A DNA stretch of 32,000 nt from Deinococcus radiodurans R1 = ATCC 13939 = DSM 20539 (GCF_000008565.1 NC_001263.1:1892727-1924726), one strand, 5' to 3'; counted from the stretch's first letter, positions 11,786 through 22,712 are shown. Notes: generated by a model not told the origin, from the letters alone. Translations and numbers: made by a program.

Positions 11786-12778
11786 TCAAGCCGTCTCCCG
11801 CACCACCAACCGGGGCATAAACTTCCGCGCCCGCGCCGGCCCCTTATACCCCCCCAACCGCGAGAGCAGCAGCGTCGCCGCCTCATGCCCCATGCTCTCC
11901 ACCGGCTGGTGCAGCGTGGTCAGCCCCCGCGCCGCCGCCCACGGCTGGTCGTCGAACCCGATGACCCGCACGTCCTCGCCAACCTTCAGGCCCCGCGCGG
12001 CAGCCTCGTCGAGCAGGGCGGCAGCGAGCAGGTCCGCCGACGCGAAGACGGTGCAAGGCAACTCGGCTTCGTCCAGCAGTTGGCTCGCCGCGTGCCGGGC
12101 GGAGAGCGGGTCGAAGCCTGCCGTGACCTCGCCGGCCAGCGGGCGCCCGGCGGCGTTTAAGGCGGTCAGGAACCCGTTGCGGCGCTCCTCGAAGACGCGG
12201 GTGACGAAAAGCTGGTCGAGCTCGGTTTCCACCCACATCGCGTACACGGTGCCCGGCAGCGTCGCGGCGTACTCGCCCGCCACCTGTCCGCCGGCCACGT
12301 TGTCCATGTAGGCGCAGTCCACGCCCTCGCTGTAGGCGTCCACCAGCACGGTGGGCTGCTGCGACTTGACCCGGCGCTCGCTGAGCAGCGTGGTCAGGTT
12401 GTAGGTTGCCATCACCAGCCCGTCGGCCTGATACGCCAGGGTGTGCGAGCCGAGGTAGCGTTCCAGCCGTGAGCGGTCAAGCAGCGGAAAAATCGCCACG
12501 TCGTAGCGCGCCTCCTGAAAGGCGGTTTCCAGACCGTCGAGCAGCCGCACATAAAACTCGGTGGTCACGACCGGCAGCAGCACGCTGATGGTGTAGCTCC
12601 TGCCCCCGGCGATGCGGCGGGCGTGCGGGTTGGGCGTGTAGTCGAGCTCGGCGATGGAGCGCAGCACGGCCTCGCGGGTGGACGGCTTGACCGAAGGGTG
12701 GTTGTTCAGCACCCGCGACACGGTGCCGACCCCGACCCCGGCGGCGCGGGCCACATCCTGAATGGTGGGAGGACGCAT
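11786..12778 (-). CDS. LacI-family transcriptional regulator
   Basis: Start taken at MRPPTIQDVARAAGVGVGTVSRVLNN (HTH), followed by a periplasmic-binding-protein-like fold. The longer ORF to 12943 is rejected. Confidence 0.9.
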   Translation of the reverse strand: MRPPTIQDVARAAGVGVGTVSRVLNNHPSVKPSTREAVLRSIAELDYTPNPHARRIAGGRSYTISVLLPVVTTEFYVRLLDGLETAFQEARYDVAIFPLLDRSRLERYLGSHTLAYQADGLVMATYNLTTLLSERRVKSQQPTVLVDAYSEGVDCAYMDNVAGGQVAGEYAATLPGTVYAMWVETELDQLFVTRVFEERRNGFLTALNAAGRPLAGEVTAGFDPLSARHAASQLLDEAELPCTVFASADLLAAALLDEAAARGLKVGEDVRVIGFDDQPWAAARGLTTLHQPVESMGHEAATLLLSRLGGYKGPARARKFMPRLVVRETA

Positions 12779-12803
12779 CTGCCCGGCAGCATAGCGCGGA
12801 AGT

Positions 12804-12818
12804 TGGAACCCGCTTCCA
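12804..12818. promoter_or_regulatory. Inverted repeat TGGAA-cccgc-TTCCA upstream of the LacI-family gene; possible auto-operator
   Basis: Lies 26-40 nt upstream of the ATG. It resembles the TGnAA..TTnCA LacI-type half-sites but has an odd-length centre. Confidence 0.25.
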
Positions 12819-12854
12819 TGACAGGCTGTTGACAGCGGAGAAAGCCCCCTTACA

Positions 12855-12992
12855 CCACTCTGAAAAATAGTTTGCCCTTGCAGGCTCTTTTTCCGAACGA
12901 AGTGAGCAAGAGAAAATACGGGTCTGAACGGTGCGAAGCGCATTCAGGTGGTTTTCCAGGATGCGCGGAGGAGAGTTCAGACCCGTATTAAA
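12855..12992 (-). repeat. Deinococcus SNR-type (MITE-like) repeat, copy B (inverted relative to A and C)
   Basis: Perfect 15-bp inverted repeat AATACGGGTCTGAAC (12915-12929) / GTTCAGACCCGTATT (12975-12989) with a 45-nt spacer. The reverse complement aligns along its length with 30822-30950. Confidence 0.8.
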
Positions 12993-13081
12993 AGGCAGGG
13001 TGGGGACAATCCGGCCCGGCGGCGCGGCCTAGACTGCCCCCAGTTGGGCCGAGTGTTCCCCGGCCCGAAGGGAAGCCGACC

Positions 13082-13618
13082 GTGACCATCTCCAACAAGA
13101 CGCTGACAGCCGCCGCTGCCGGACTCGCCGCCGTGCTGGCCGTTCTGCTGGTGCCTGCGCTGGCCGGCCAGAGCGCTCACACCGGCCACACCATGCCTGC
13201 TCACACCCCGCCCGCCCAGACTGCCCCCGCTGCTCAGAAGGCCGGGGCACAGGCCCTCCCCGTGACCGTGCAGGGCGCGACGGTGGCCGCCGTGCCGCCG
13301 AGCATCCGGGACACCGCCGCCTACATGACGCTGACGAACAAGAGCGACCAGCCCATCAAGCTCGTCGGCGCCGCGACCCCGCTCGCCACGTCGCCCATGC
13401 TGATGACCACCACCCACAGCGGCGGCATGGCCGGCATGAAGATGGTCCCCTGGTTGACCATTCCCGCGCGGGGCACCCTCACCTTGCAGCGCGACGGCGA
13501 CCACGTGATGCTGATGGGCCTCAAGCGTCCGCTCAAGGTGGGCGAAACCGTGAACATCACCCTCAAGGCGACGGACGGACGCACACTGAACGTCGCCGCC
13601 ACCGTCAAGAAGAACTGA
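13082..13618 (+). CDS. Periplasmic copper chaperone PCu(A)C (DUF461)
   Basis: Signal peptide. Met/His Cu(I) motif ...SPMLMTTTHSGGMAGMKMV...GDHVMLMGL. GTG start with GGAAG 6 nt upstream. Confidence 0.85.
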   Translation: MTISNKTLTAAAAGLAAVLAVLLVPALAGQSAHTGHTMPAHTPPAQTAPAAQKAGAQALPVTVQGATVAAVPPSIRDTAAYMTLTNKSDQPIKLVGAATPLATSPMLMTTTHSGGMAGMKMVPWLTIPARGTLTLQRDGDHVMLMGLKRPLKVGETVNITLKATDGRTLNVAATVKKN

Positions 13619-13619
13619 G

Positions 13620-14302
13620 ATGAACACCGACGCGAACGTGCCCGACACCCGGCCCCCAGCAGCGCCTACAGTGGCCCCGGCAGGGCGGCCCTGGTATGTT
13701 TCGGCGCTGCTCGCGCTGGTGGCCGTCACGCTGCTGCTCGGCGGCGTGTGGCTGTTCGCCCGGACCCGTTCGCCCTTTCCGTTCTACGGCACCGCCTACC
13801 CACAAACGCCCGCCGCCGCGACCTTCAGCGGCACCGGGGCGGACGGTCAGCCCTACACCTTCACGCCGCAGGGCAAGACGAGCGCCCTCTTTTTCGGCTT
13901 CACCCATTGCCCCAACATCTGCCCGGTCACGCTCGGTTTTCTCAATCAGGTGCGCGACAAGCTGACGCCGGAGGAACGCGCCAACTTCCGCATCGTGCTC
14001 GTCAGCGTGGACCCGCAACGCGACACGCCCAAGTTGCTGAAGGAATATCTGGACTACTTCGGCGGCGGCGACGCGGTGAACGTCCCCGAGCCGAAGCTGA
14101 GTGAGGTCGCCAAGGCCTACGGCGTGGGCTACCGCCGCTCCGAGATTCGCTCGCCGCAGAGTATCAGGTGGACCACACCACCGCCACTTACCTGATCGAC
14201 TCGGCGGGCAAGCTGCGCGTGCTGTGGGACTACACCCAGCTCGGTCAGGTGGACCGCGTACTGGCCGACGTTCGCTACGTGATGAGGAACCCCGCGCAAT
14301 GA
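13620..14302 (+). pseudogene. SCO1/SenC thiol-disulfide copper-binding protein, interrupted by an apparent 1-nt frameshift near 14140-14160 (pseudogene or sequence error)
   Basis: The first frame carries the TM segment and FFGFTHCPNICP, then stops at 14193-14195. The conserved C-terminus EYQVDHTTATYLIDSAGKLRVLWDY... continues from 14159 in the -1 frame to TGA at 14300-14302. Confidence 0.8.
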
Positions 14303-15165
14303 CCACTCCCCTGCCCACACCGCCCGCTGCCGCGCCTGCGCTTTCCGGCGGCACCAATCTGGACCCCACGACCGCGCAACTGCTCGCCTTTACCCCCGAC
14401 TGGCCGATGCTGGCACTGTTGGTGCTGAGCGCCGGGGCGTACTTCTGGTCTCTGGCCCGCGCCCGGCGCAGCGCGGAGGGCCAGGCGCGCTGGCCGCTGT
14501 GGAAAGTCGCGCTGTTCACGCTGGGGCTGGTGCTGTGGTACGGCGCGACCCAGACCGGTGCCCGTGCCTACACCGGCCAGAGCATGGCGCTCTACATGGC
14601 CCGCCTGATGGTGCTGGCCGAGGTGGTGCCGCCGCTGCTGGTGCTGGGGCTGCCACGCAACACCTCGCTCACGCGCGAGTCGCCGCTGGGCCGTTTTCTG
14701 GGGCTGCTGCTCGACCCCTGGGTCGCGCTCGCGGTGTGGGCGGCGGTCATCATCTTCTGGAACATTCCGGCGGGCTTCAACGCCAGCGTGGTCAGCAACA
14801 CGGCGGCCCCGCTGCTGCCGCTGCTTTACCTCATCAGCTCGCTGATGGTCTGGAGCGTGGTGCTGCGCCCGCTGCCGGGCGTGCAGCCCGCCACCATCGG
14901 CAACCGGGGGTGGTTCGGCCTGCTCGCCGCCCTGCCGATGATGGCGGTGGCCGCCGTGTGGGTCTACTCGCCGAAGGTGCTCTACACGCCCTACGTGAGC
15001 GCCCTGTGCCTGTGGAACCTGACCCCGCTGCAAAACCAGCAGATTTCCGGCTGGATCATGATGATCGCGGGCCTCCCGGCGATGGCGCTCGCCTTCGTGC
15101 AGTTGATGATGTGGCTGATTGCGCTGGCCGATGGGGAGGGGAACAACACCAGCAGACCGAGTTAA
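14299..15165 (+). CDS. ctaG: Cytochrome c oxidase assembly factor CtaG (caa3-type, membrane)
   Basis: 288 aa multi-TM protein. The ATG overlaps the SCO1 stop (ATGA). The family call rests mainly on this copper-operon context and the multi-TM layout, e.g. ARLMVLAEVVPPLLVLGLP. Confidence 0.7.
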   Translation: MTTPLPTPPAAAPALSGGTNLDPTTAQLLAFTPDWPMLALLVLSAGAYFWSLARARRSAEGQARWPLWKVALFTLGLVLWYGATQTGARAYTGQSMALYMARLMVLAEVVPPLLVLGLPRNTSLTRESPLGRFLGLLLDPWVALAVWAAVIIFWNIPAGFNASVVSNTAAPLLPLLYLISSLMVWSVVLRPLPGVQPATIGNRGWFGLLAALPMMAVAAVWVYSPKVLYTPYVSALCLWNLTPLQNQQISGWIMMIAGLPAMALAFVQLMMWLIALADGEGNNTSRPS

Positions 15166-15185
15166 GACGGAGAAGGGGAAGGTGG

Positions 15186-15222
15186 GGAGGCAGCGAAGGA
15201 AATAGCCTCCTTCTCTTTTCTT
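15186..15222 (+). terminator. Putative intrinsic terminator after ctaG
   Basis: GGAGGC (15186-15191) ... GCCTCC (15205-15210), followed by TTCTCTTTTCTT. Confidence 0.5.
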
Positions 15223-15356
15223 AGCCTCTGACGGCTTAGCATGACAATCACTATGAACCCTGCTTCTCTCTGGCTCGCAGCGGCGCGGCCCTGGAGCCTC
15301 TCCCGCGTCTGGACCGAGCAAAATCGAGACGGCGCGGCCCTGACATCGGCGGATAG

Positions 15357-15956
15357 ATGAGCGCGGAGATGCCTGCTCCTCCCGCTCCCTGGACCCTGCG
15401 TGGCAGCGGCGCGGTGGCCCTCTTTGCCCGTCCGCTGGGGGCGCTGATGCTCATTCGGTACGCCTCGTCGCCAGTCGGTCCTTACGACGAGTTGCTATGG
15501 CTGCGGCTGAGAATCTCGCCGCGTGGTCCCTTTCCAAGCGTGGAGCGCATCGTGGTCAACGTGCCCGCCAGCGTGGAGGGCGGGCGGCACAACTGGGGGA
15601 TTCCGAAGTATCGGGCCGAGTTCGACTGGCAAGGCGAGCAGGCAGAGGTCCGCTGGCCGGACGGCGCCCTCTACGCTCGGCTGCGGGTGGGCGGGCTGCT
15701 CGGGCGCACGCTGCCGCTGCGCCTGGGCTGGCTGCCGCGCCGCCTGCGGACCCTGGCGCAACACGACGAACGCGGCTGGGCATGGACCCCGGTGACGGGA
15801 GAGTGCCGGGTGCGCCTCGCCCGCTTGCAGGTGGAGAAGGCCCCAGAACTGCCCGCCGCCCTGCACGGCGCGCGGCCCCTGCTCACCCTCGGGCTGCCGC
15901 GTTTCCGGCTGGTCTTCGGGGCAGCGGACAGGGAGGACGCGTCTCATACGGCATAG
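15357..15956 (+). CDS. Acetoacetate decarboxylase (ADC)-like family protein
   Basis: N-terminal MPAPPAPWTLRG, YASSPVGPYDEL and GGRHNWGIPK resemble ADC-family proteins. The start may be the ATG at 15369. Confidence 0.6.
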   Translation: MSAEMPAPPAPWTLRGSGAVALFARPLGALMLIRYASSPVGPYDELLWLRLRISPRGPFPSVERIVVNVPASVEGGRHNWGIPKYRAEFDWQGEQAEVRWPDGALYARLRVGGLLGRTLPLRLGWLPRRLRTLAQHDERGWAWTPVTGECRVRLARLQVEKAPELPAALHGARPLLTLGLPRFRLVFGAADREDASHTA

Positions 15957-16501
15957 TGGGCGCCGTGCCGAGCGGACGTGTTCACAACCTCATCAACCTC
16001 GGAACCTTCGCGGTGCTGGGGACTGCCGCCCTGTACGTGCAGCGCGCGCAGTTGTGGCCCGATCCGACCTTCACCCTGACGCCCACTATGGCGCTCAATT
16101 TCACCTGGGCATTCATGGCGGGCACCTTCCTGCTTTCCCCCGACCTCGACCTCTCCGAAGGCCGGGTGGACAGCAAACGGCGCTGGGGGCCGCTGGGCTT
16201 CCTGTGGGTGCCGTATGGCCGGATGTTCAGCCACCGGGGGCTGTCGCATACCTGGATTGTGGGGCCGCTGACCCGGCTGCTTTACCTCGGCCTGATTGCC
16301 GGGGCCGTGTGGACGGTGCTCAAGTTCGCCCTGCCGCAGCTCGGGCTGGGCTGGCCGCGCTTGCCACAGCCGCTGCCGTACAAGGTGCTGCTTCCGGTGG
16401 CGGCGGGCTATTACCTCAGCCAGTGGCTGCACCTGCTGGCCGACGGCGTGTACCCCGACCACGACGTGCGGCACCTGCGACGGAAGTTGCGGGGGCGATA
16501 G
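15956..16501 (+). CDS. DUF2227-like membrane metal-binding protein
   Basis: PSGRVHNLINL..., SPDLDL....RRWGPLGFLWVPYGRMFSHRGLSHTWIVGPLTRLLYL. The GTG overlaps the ADC-like stop (TAGTG). Alternative GTG at 15965. Confidence 0.6.
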   Translation: MGAVPSGRVHNLINLGTFAVLGTAALYVQRAQLWPDPTFTLTPTMALNFTWAFMAGTFLLSPDLDLSEGRVDSKRRWGPLGFLWVPYGRMFSHRGLSHTWIVGPLTRLLYLGLIAGAVWTVLKFALPQLGLGWPRLPQPLPYKVLLPVAAGYYLSQWLHLLADGVYPDHDVRHLRRKLRGR

Positions 16502-16506
16502 GAGAT

Positions 16507-16538
16507 AAAAAAAGCCCCTCCACTGACGGAGGGATTTT
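16507..16538. terminator. Bidirectional intrinsic terminator between convergent genes
   Basis: AAAAAAAG-CCCTCC-actgac-GGAGGG-ATTTT: an A-tract upstream and a T-tract downstream of a GC stem. Confidence 0.75.
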
Positions 16539-16595
16539 CGACCCTCTACCAAGGGGAGAGGGCCTTGCGAAGCAAGGGGTGACTCGCAGAGCTGC
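16535..16595 (-). repeat. Double-hairpin 3'-of-gene repeat, copy E3 (inverted)
   Basis: The reverse complement reads TCACCCC, hairpin CCTTGC-ttc-GCAAGG, then CCCTCT...AGAGGG, then TCGAAAA. It sits between the aldo/keto reductase stop and the terminator. Confidence 0.7.
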
Positions 16596-16611
16596 TTGCA
16601 GAGGGGTCTTC

Positions 16612-17547
<936 letters not shown>

Positions 17548-17610
17548 GCCCAGCAAGATAGGCGACAGGAAGGTGGCTGCACAGGAAGGGCACACAGGAT
17601 TGTGAGGGGA

Positions 17611-17651
17611 TAAAGAAAAGGGGGCCGCCCCTCTTGTCGGACGGCCCCCTT
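17611..17651 (-). terminator. Intrinsic terminator after the TPR gene
   Basis: 10-bp stem AAGGGGGCCG (17618-17627) / CGGCCCCCTT (17642-17651), followed on the minus strand by TTCTTTAT. Confidence 0.7.
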
Positions 17652-17666
17652 GACTTGTTGTGCGGC

Positions 17667-18890
<1,224 letters not shown>

Positions 18891-19121
18891 GCAAAAACCT
18901 CCGAAGGAGCAGAACAGAAAAATCGGTCGGGAAACGCGGCGACCAGCGGCAACCGGCGAGAAGAACAAAGACCCAGGAAGAGGAGACGGAGAGGAGAAGC
19001 GGCGCGGTCTGTCTCGGCATGATACGGGGGCGGGCCGCGCCGGGCAGTGGGCCGCACCGCACATCTCACCGGCAGCCAGCATTGCCGGGCAGGGTGACGG
19101 TGGTCTGAAAGGCGGCGCGGC

Positions 19122-19127
19122 TATCCT
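19122..19127 (+). promoter_or_regulatory. Putative -10 box (TATCCT), 6 nt before the coaE ATG; leaderless-type promoter
   Basis: TATCCT-N6-ATG, with no SD. Confidence 0.4.
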
Positions 19128-19133
19128 GGCTGC

Positions 19134-19757
19134 ATGACCCGGTCCCCTGCTCCCTCCTCCCCCACCCACCCCCGCCGCCTGGGCCTGACCGGCAGCATCG
19201 GCGCGGGCAAAAGCACGGTGGCCCGGTTGCTGCGCGAACGCGGCCTGACGGTGCTCGACGCCGACGCCGAGGCCCGCTGGGTGACCGAGCAGCCCGAGGT
19301 ACTGACCGAACTCAACGAGGCTTTTCCCGGCGTGGTCACGGGCGGCACGCTGGACCGGGCGGGGCTGGCGGCGCGAGTGTTCAGCGACCCGGCGCAGGTC
19401 GCCCGCCTCAACGCCATCACCCACCCGCGCGTGCGGGCGAGGATGGAGGCGCTGGAAGCGGCGGCCACCGCGCGCGGCGAGCACTGGGTGGTGCAGGACA
19501 TTCCCCTGCTGTTCGAGGGCGGTCTGGAACGGGGGATGGACGCCGTGCTGGTGGTAGACGCCCCACTGGAACTGCGGTTGGAACGCGCCCTGGCGCGGGG
19601 TGGCCTGACCCGCGAAGACATCCTCGCCCGCGACGCCCGGCAACTGAGCAGCGAGGAAAAACGGCGGCGGGCCACCATCGTCCTCGACAACAGTGGCCCG
19701 CTGGAAGCGCTGGAGGGGCAGTTAGACGCCGCCTTGCGCCAGTTGGAAATCACTTAA
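19134..19757 (+). CDS. coaE: Dephospho-CoA kinase
   Basis: P-loop [12 protein letters not shown], plus DADAEAR and ITHPRV motifs. 207 aa. Confidence 0.92.
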   Translation: MTRSPAPSSPTHPRRLGLTGSIGAGKSTVARLLRERGLTVLDADAEARWVTEQPEVLTELNEAFPGVVTGGTLDRAGLAARVFSDPAQVARLNAITHPRVRARMEALEAAATARGEHWVVQDIPLLFEGGLERGMDAVLVVDAPLELRLERALARGGLTREDILARDARQLSSEEKRRRATIVLDNSGPLEALEGQLDAALRQLEIT

Positions 19758-19870
19758 GGACGTTGCCCCTGTCATTGCAAAGTTCCGGTACAACACCGGA
19801 ACCTCTCCATTCTCAGGGCAACGTCCTTCCTCCGTTTCTCGCTCCGCTCGGTTCATCTGGAGATGAACTG
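19756..19870. repeat. SNR-type repeat, divergent family member (copy D), filling the convergent coaE / cyclophilin gap
   Basis: 13-bp inverted repeat AAGGACGTTGCCC (19756-19768) / GGGCAACGTCCTT (19816-19828), nesting TTCCGGT/ACCGGAA. Then the TTCTCGCTCCGCTCGG block shared with the SNR tail, and hairpin TTCATCT-gg-AGATGAA (19852-19867). Confidence 0.65.
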
Positions 19871-19874
19871 CGGC

Positions 19875-20816
19875 TTACTTGACCTGAATCTCCACCGAGT
19901 TCAGCACGTCGGCCTGGGCCCCGGCAATCGGCCCAGCGTTGTTGTAGTTGCGAGTCAGCTTGTTCACCGCGTCCATGCCGCTGTCCACCTGTCCGAAGAT
20001 GGTGTAGCCGCCGTTGAGAAATTCGGTGGGGCCGAAGGTAATGAAGAACTGCGAACCGTTGGTGTCGGGGCCGGCGTTCGCCATCGCCAACACGCCCGCG
20101 CGGTTAAAGGTCAGGCTGCTGCGTTCGTTGGCGAACTGGTAACCGGGGCCGCCGGTGCCCCAACGGTCGCTGAGCGCGGTGTCGGCGCTCTGGGGGTCGC
20201 CGCCCTGCGCCATGAAGCCCTCAATGACGCGGTGAAAGCGGGTGCCGTCGTAGAAGTGGTTGAGCGCCAGGAACACGAAGTTGTTGACGGCGAGCGGCGC
20301 GGCCTTGGCGTCCAGGTTGACCGTCACGTCGCCCTTGGAGGTGTGCAACACGGCGCGGTAGCTCTTGCTCGTGTCGATGACCTGTTCGGCGGCGGTGAAG
20401 CTGGTGCGGCGCTCGGCACTGCGGGGGGCCAGGGTGGTCCAGCCGTCAGCGGTTGTGGCGGGGGCCGGAGTCGCCGCCGGGGTCTGAGTGACTGTCGCGG
20501 CGGTGGTCTGTGTGGCGGGCACTGGAGCGGGCGTGCTGGCCGAAGTTGCCGGGGCCGGAGTCGCGGCAGCCGGGGCCGCAGGCGTCTCGGTCACGGTCGT
20601 CATGGTTGTCTGCTCGGTGGTCGTGGCCGCCGTGGTCGTGCCTGGCGTGGTCGTCGTGACCGCCGTCGTGGTGCTGGTGGCTGGGGCCGCGCCGTTCACT
20701 TCGGCCACGATACCGGGGCCTTTGAGTGGCGGGTTGGGGGTCAGCATGGCGGTCTGGGTCGGGGCGCAGGCCACCAGGCCGAGGCCGAGCAGCGGGGTCA
20801 GCATCCATTTCTTCAT
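19875..20816 (-). CDS. Lipoprotein peptidyl-prolyl cis-trans isomerase (cyclophilin type) with a long Thr/Ala/Pro-rich linker
   Basis: Start at [17 protein letters not shown] (lipobox). [15 protein letters not shown] and [17 protein letters not shown] motifs. TACGCT 6 nt upstream of the ATG. Confidence 0.9.
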   Translation of the reverse strand: MKKWMLTPLLGLGLVACAPTQTAMLTPNPPLKGPGIVAEVNGAAPATSTTTAVTTTTPGTTTAATTTEQTTMTTVTETPAAPAAATPAPATSASTPAPVPATQTTAATVTQTPAATPAPATTADGWTTLAPRSAERRTSFTAAEQVIDTSKSYRAVLHTSKGDVTVNLDAKAAPLAVNNFVFLALNHFYDGTRFHRVIEGFMAQGGDPQSADTALSDRWGTGGPGYQFANERSSLTFNRAGVLAMANAGPDTNGSQFFITFGPTEFLNGGYTIFGQVDSGMDAVNKLTRNYNNAGPIAGAQADVLNSVEIQVK

Positions 20817-20916
20817 GCCCTCAGCGTAAAAGCCGGGTCCGAGAGGGAGATGAAGGTCTATGTACCGAACGTTAGCCCTCGCCTGTTTAGCTCTCGGCTG
20901 TTGAACTCCTGCCTTT

Positions 20917-21405
20917 TTACCCTTCATCGAGCGGCAGGCTCGTCGTGTACTTCTCCTGTTTCACGACGATGGTGCTGTCGGTGTTCCGCACGCCGGGAAT
21001 GGCGGCGAGCACGTCCACCAGAAAGCGCTGATAGGCGTCCAGATTGGGCACGCAGACCTTGAGCAGATAGTCGGTGTCGCCGAGGCACAGGTAGCACTCG
21101 AGCACCTCGGGCCGCGCCCGCATGTGTTCGGCGAAGTCCTGAAAGCCCTGTTTGGTCTGCTTGTCGAGCGTCACGCGCACCATCACCATCAGGTCGCGGT
21201 TGACGAGTTTGGGGTCGAGCAGCGCGACGTAGCGGTGGATGACGCCTTCTTCTTCGAGCCGCCGCACCCGCCTCAAGGTGGGCGCGGGCGTCAGGCCGAT
21301 TTCGTCGGCCAGCTCGGTGTTGGCGATGCGGGCGTCGCGTTGCAGGATGGACAGGATCTGCCGGTCGGTGGGGTCGAGATCAGGGAAGGGGCGCGAGTTG
21401 GACAT
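20917..21405 (-). CDS. Lrp/AsnC-family transcriptional regulator
   Basis: 162 aa from [36 protein letters not shown] plus a RAM domain. Divergent from ald. Confidence 0.92.
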   Translation of the reverse strand: MSNSRPFPDLDPTDRQILSILQRDARIANTELADEIGLTPAPTLRRVRRLEEEGVIHRYVALLDPKLVNRDLMVMVRVTLDKQTKQGFQDFAEHMRARPEVLECYLCLGDTDYLLKVCVPNLDAYQRFLVDVLAAIPGVRNTDSTIVVKQEKYTTSLPLDEG

Positions 21406-21569
21406 TTCGCCCTCAAAATACCCCGCCGGGCGCAACCGCGTTGCGAAAAAGGCCGCAAAGTTCTTGCTCGTGGCAATCGCCGTCAGGAGGGGCCCTGCTA
21501 GCATTGCGCGACTTCAAAACGATGATCGCCCCCGTTACAGACGGCGACGGGTGGGCCGTGAGGTGGCAT

Positions 21570-22676
21570 ATGCACGTAGGACTTCCCAAGGAAATCAAGG
21601 TCAAGGAAAACCGGGTGGCGCTCACCCCCGGCGGGGTAGCCACCCTGGTGCGGCGCGGGCACCGGGTGACGGTGGAGCGCGGCGCGGGTGCGGGCAGCGG
21701 CCTCCCCGACCAAGAGTACGAGCAGGCCGGAGCGACCCTGGGCAGCGCCGCCGACGCCTGGGGCGCCGAGATGGTGGTCAAGGTCAAGGAGCCGATAGAA
21801 AGCGAGTACGGCTACCTGCGCGACGACCTGCTGCTGTTTACCTACCTGCACCTCGCCGCCGACCGCCCGCTGACCGACGCGCTGATGCAGGCCGGGACGA
21901 CGGCGGTGGCCTACGAAACGGTGCAACTGCCCGACGGCAGCCTGCCGCTGCTGACCCCCATGTCGGAGGTCGCCGGGCGCCTGAGCGTGCAGGCGGGGGC
22001 CTACCACCTGCAAAAGCCGGCGGGCGGGAAGGGCGTCCTGCTCGGCGGCGTTCCCGGCGTGACGCCCGGTCACGTGACCATCGTGGGCGGCGGCGTGGTC
22101 GGCACCAATGCTGCAAAAATGGCGATGGGCCTGGGCGCCAAAGTCACCATTCTGGACGTGTCGCACCGGCGCCTGACGTATCTGGACGACGTGTTTTTCG
22201 GGCGCCTGACCACCATGATGAGCAGCGAGGCAAACCTGCGTGCGCTGCTCCCGCAGACCGATTTGCTTATCGGCGCGGTGCTCATTCCGGGGGCTAAGGC
22301 TCCGAACCTCGTCACCCGCGACATGCTGGGGCTGCTGGAACCGGGCTCGGTCATCGCCGACGTCGCCATTGACCAGGGCGGCTGCGTGGAAACGATGCAC
22401 CCCACCACCCACGACGAGCCGACCTACCTGGTGGACGACATCGTTCACTACGGCGTCGCCAACATGCCCGGCGCGGTGCCGCGCACCTCGACTTTCGCGC
22501 TGACGAACGCGACTTTTCCTTATGCCCTCGCGCTTGCTGAGCACGGCTTAGGCGCCCTCAAGCGTGACCCGGCGCTCGCTGCGGGCCTCAACACCCATCA
22601 GGGCAAAGTGACCTGCGCGGGTGTGGCCGACGCCTTCGGGCTGAGTGGGCAGGACGTGGAGGCGGTCCTGGCCTGA
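21570..22676 (+). CDS. ald: Alanine dehydrogenase
   Basis: [25 protein letters not shown] and the Rossmann motif [22 protein letters not shown] upstream of the ATG. Confidence 0.95.
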   Translation: MHVGLPKEIKVKENRVALTPGGVATLVRRGHRVTVERGAGAGSGLPDQEYEQAGATLGSAADAWGAEMVVKVKEPIESEYGYLRDDLLLFTYLHLAADRPLTDALMQAGTTAVAYETVQLPDGSLPLLTPMSEVAGRLSVQAGAYHLQKPAGGKGVLLGGVPGVTPGHVTIVGGGVVGTNAAKMAMGLGAKVTILDVSHRRLTYLDDVFFGRLTTMMSSEANLRALLPQTDLLIGAVLIPGAKAPNLVTRDMLGLLEPGSVIADVAIDQGGCVETMHPTTHDEPTYLVDDIVHYGVANMPGAVPRTSTFALTNATFPYALALAEHGLGALKRDPALAAGLNTHQGKVTCAGVADAFGLSGQDVEAVLA

Positions 22677-22712
22677 GCCTTCTGCCGCCCTGCCCCCGGC
22701 AGCTTTGCCACA

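Noticed and set aside
11562-12311. 249-aa plus-strand ORF
   Set aside because: Mostly antisense to the LacI-family regulator, with Arg/Ser/Pro-rich composition and no start context.
14140-14165. Programmed -1 ribosomal frameshift in SCO1
   Set aside because: There is no slippery X-XXY-YYZ heptamer and no obvious downstream pseudoknot or hairpin at the junction. A 1-nt deletion or sequencing error is the simpler explanation.
14101-14298. N-terminal extension of the CtaG ORF (354-aa version)
   Set aside because: The extension overlaps the SCO1 coding region and is Arg/Pro-rich. The ATG at 14299 gives the typical ATGA stop/start coupling and a sensible N-terminus.
15497-15955. N-terminal 153 codons of the 334-aa ORF containing the DUF2227 protein
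   Set aside because: This part overlaps the ADC-like gene in another frame and is Arg/Ala/Gly-rich. Homology-like sequence starts only at PSGRVHN (GTG 15956 or 15965).
20811-20828. TTCATGCCCTCAGCGTAA upstream of the cyclophilin gene as an RDRM-like site
   Set aside because: Only the right half (GCGTAA) matches. The left half and the spacing do not, and it overlaps the start codon and the -10 box.
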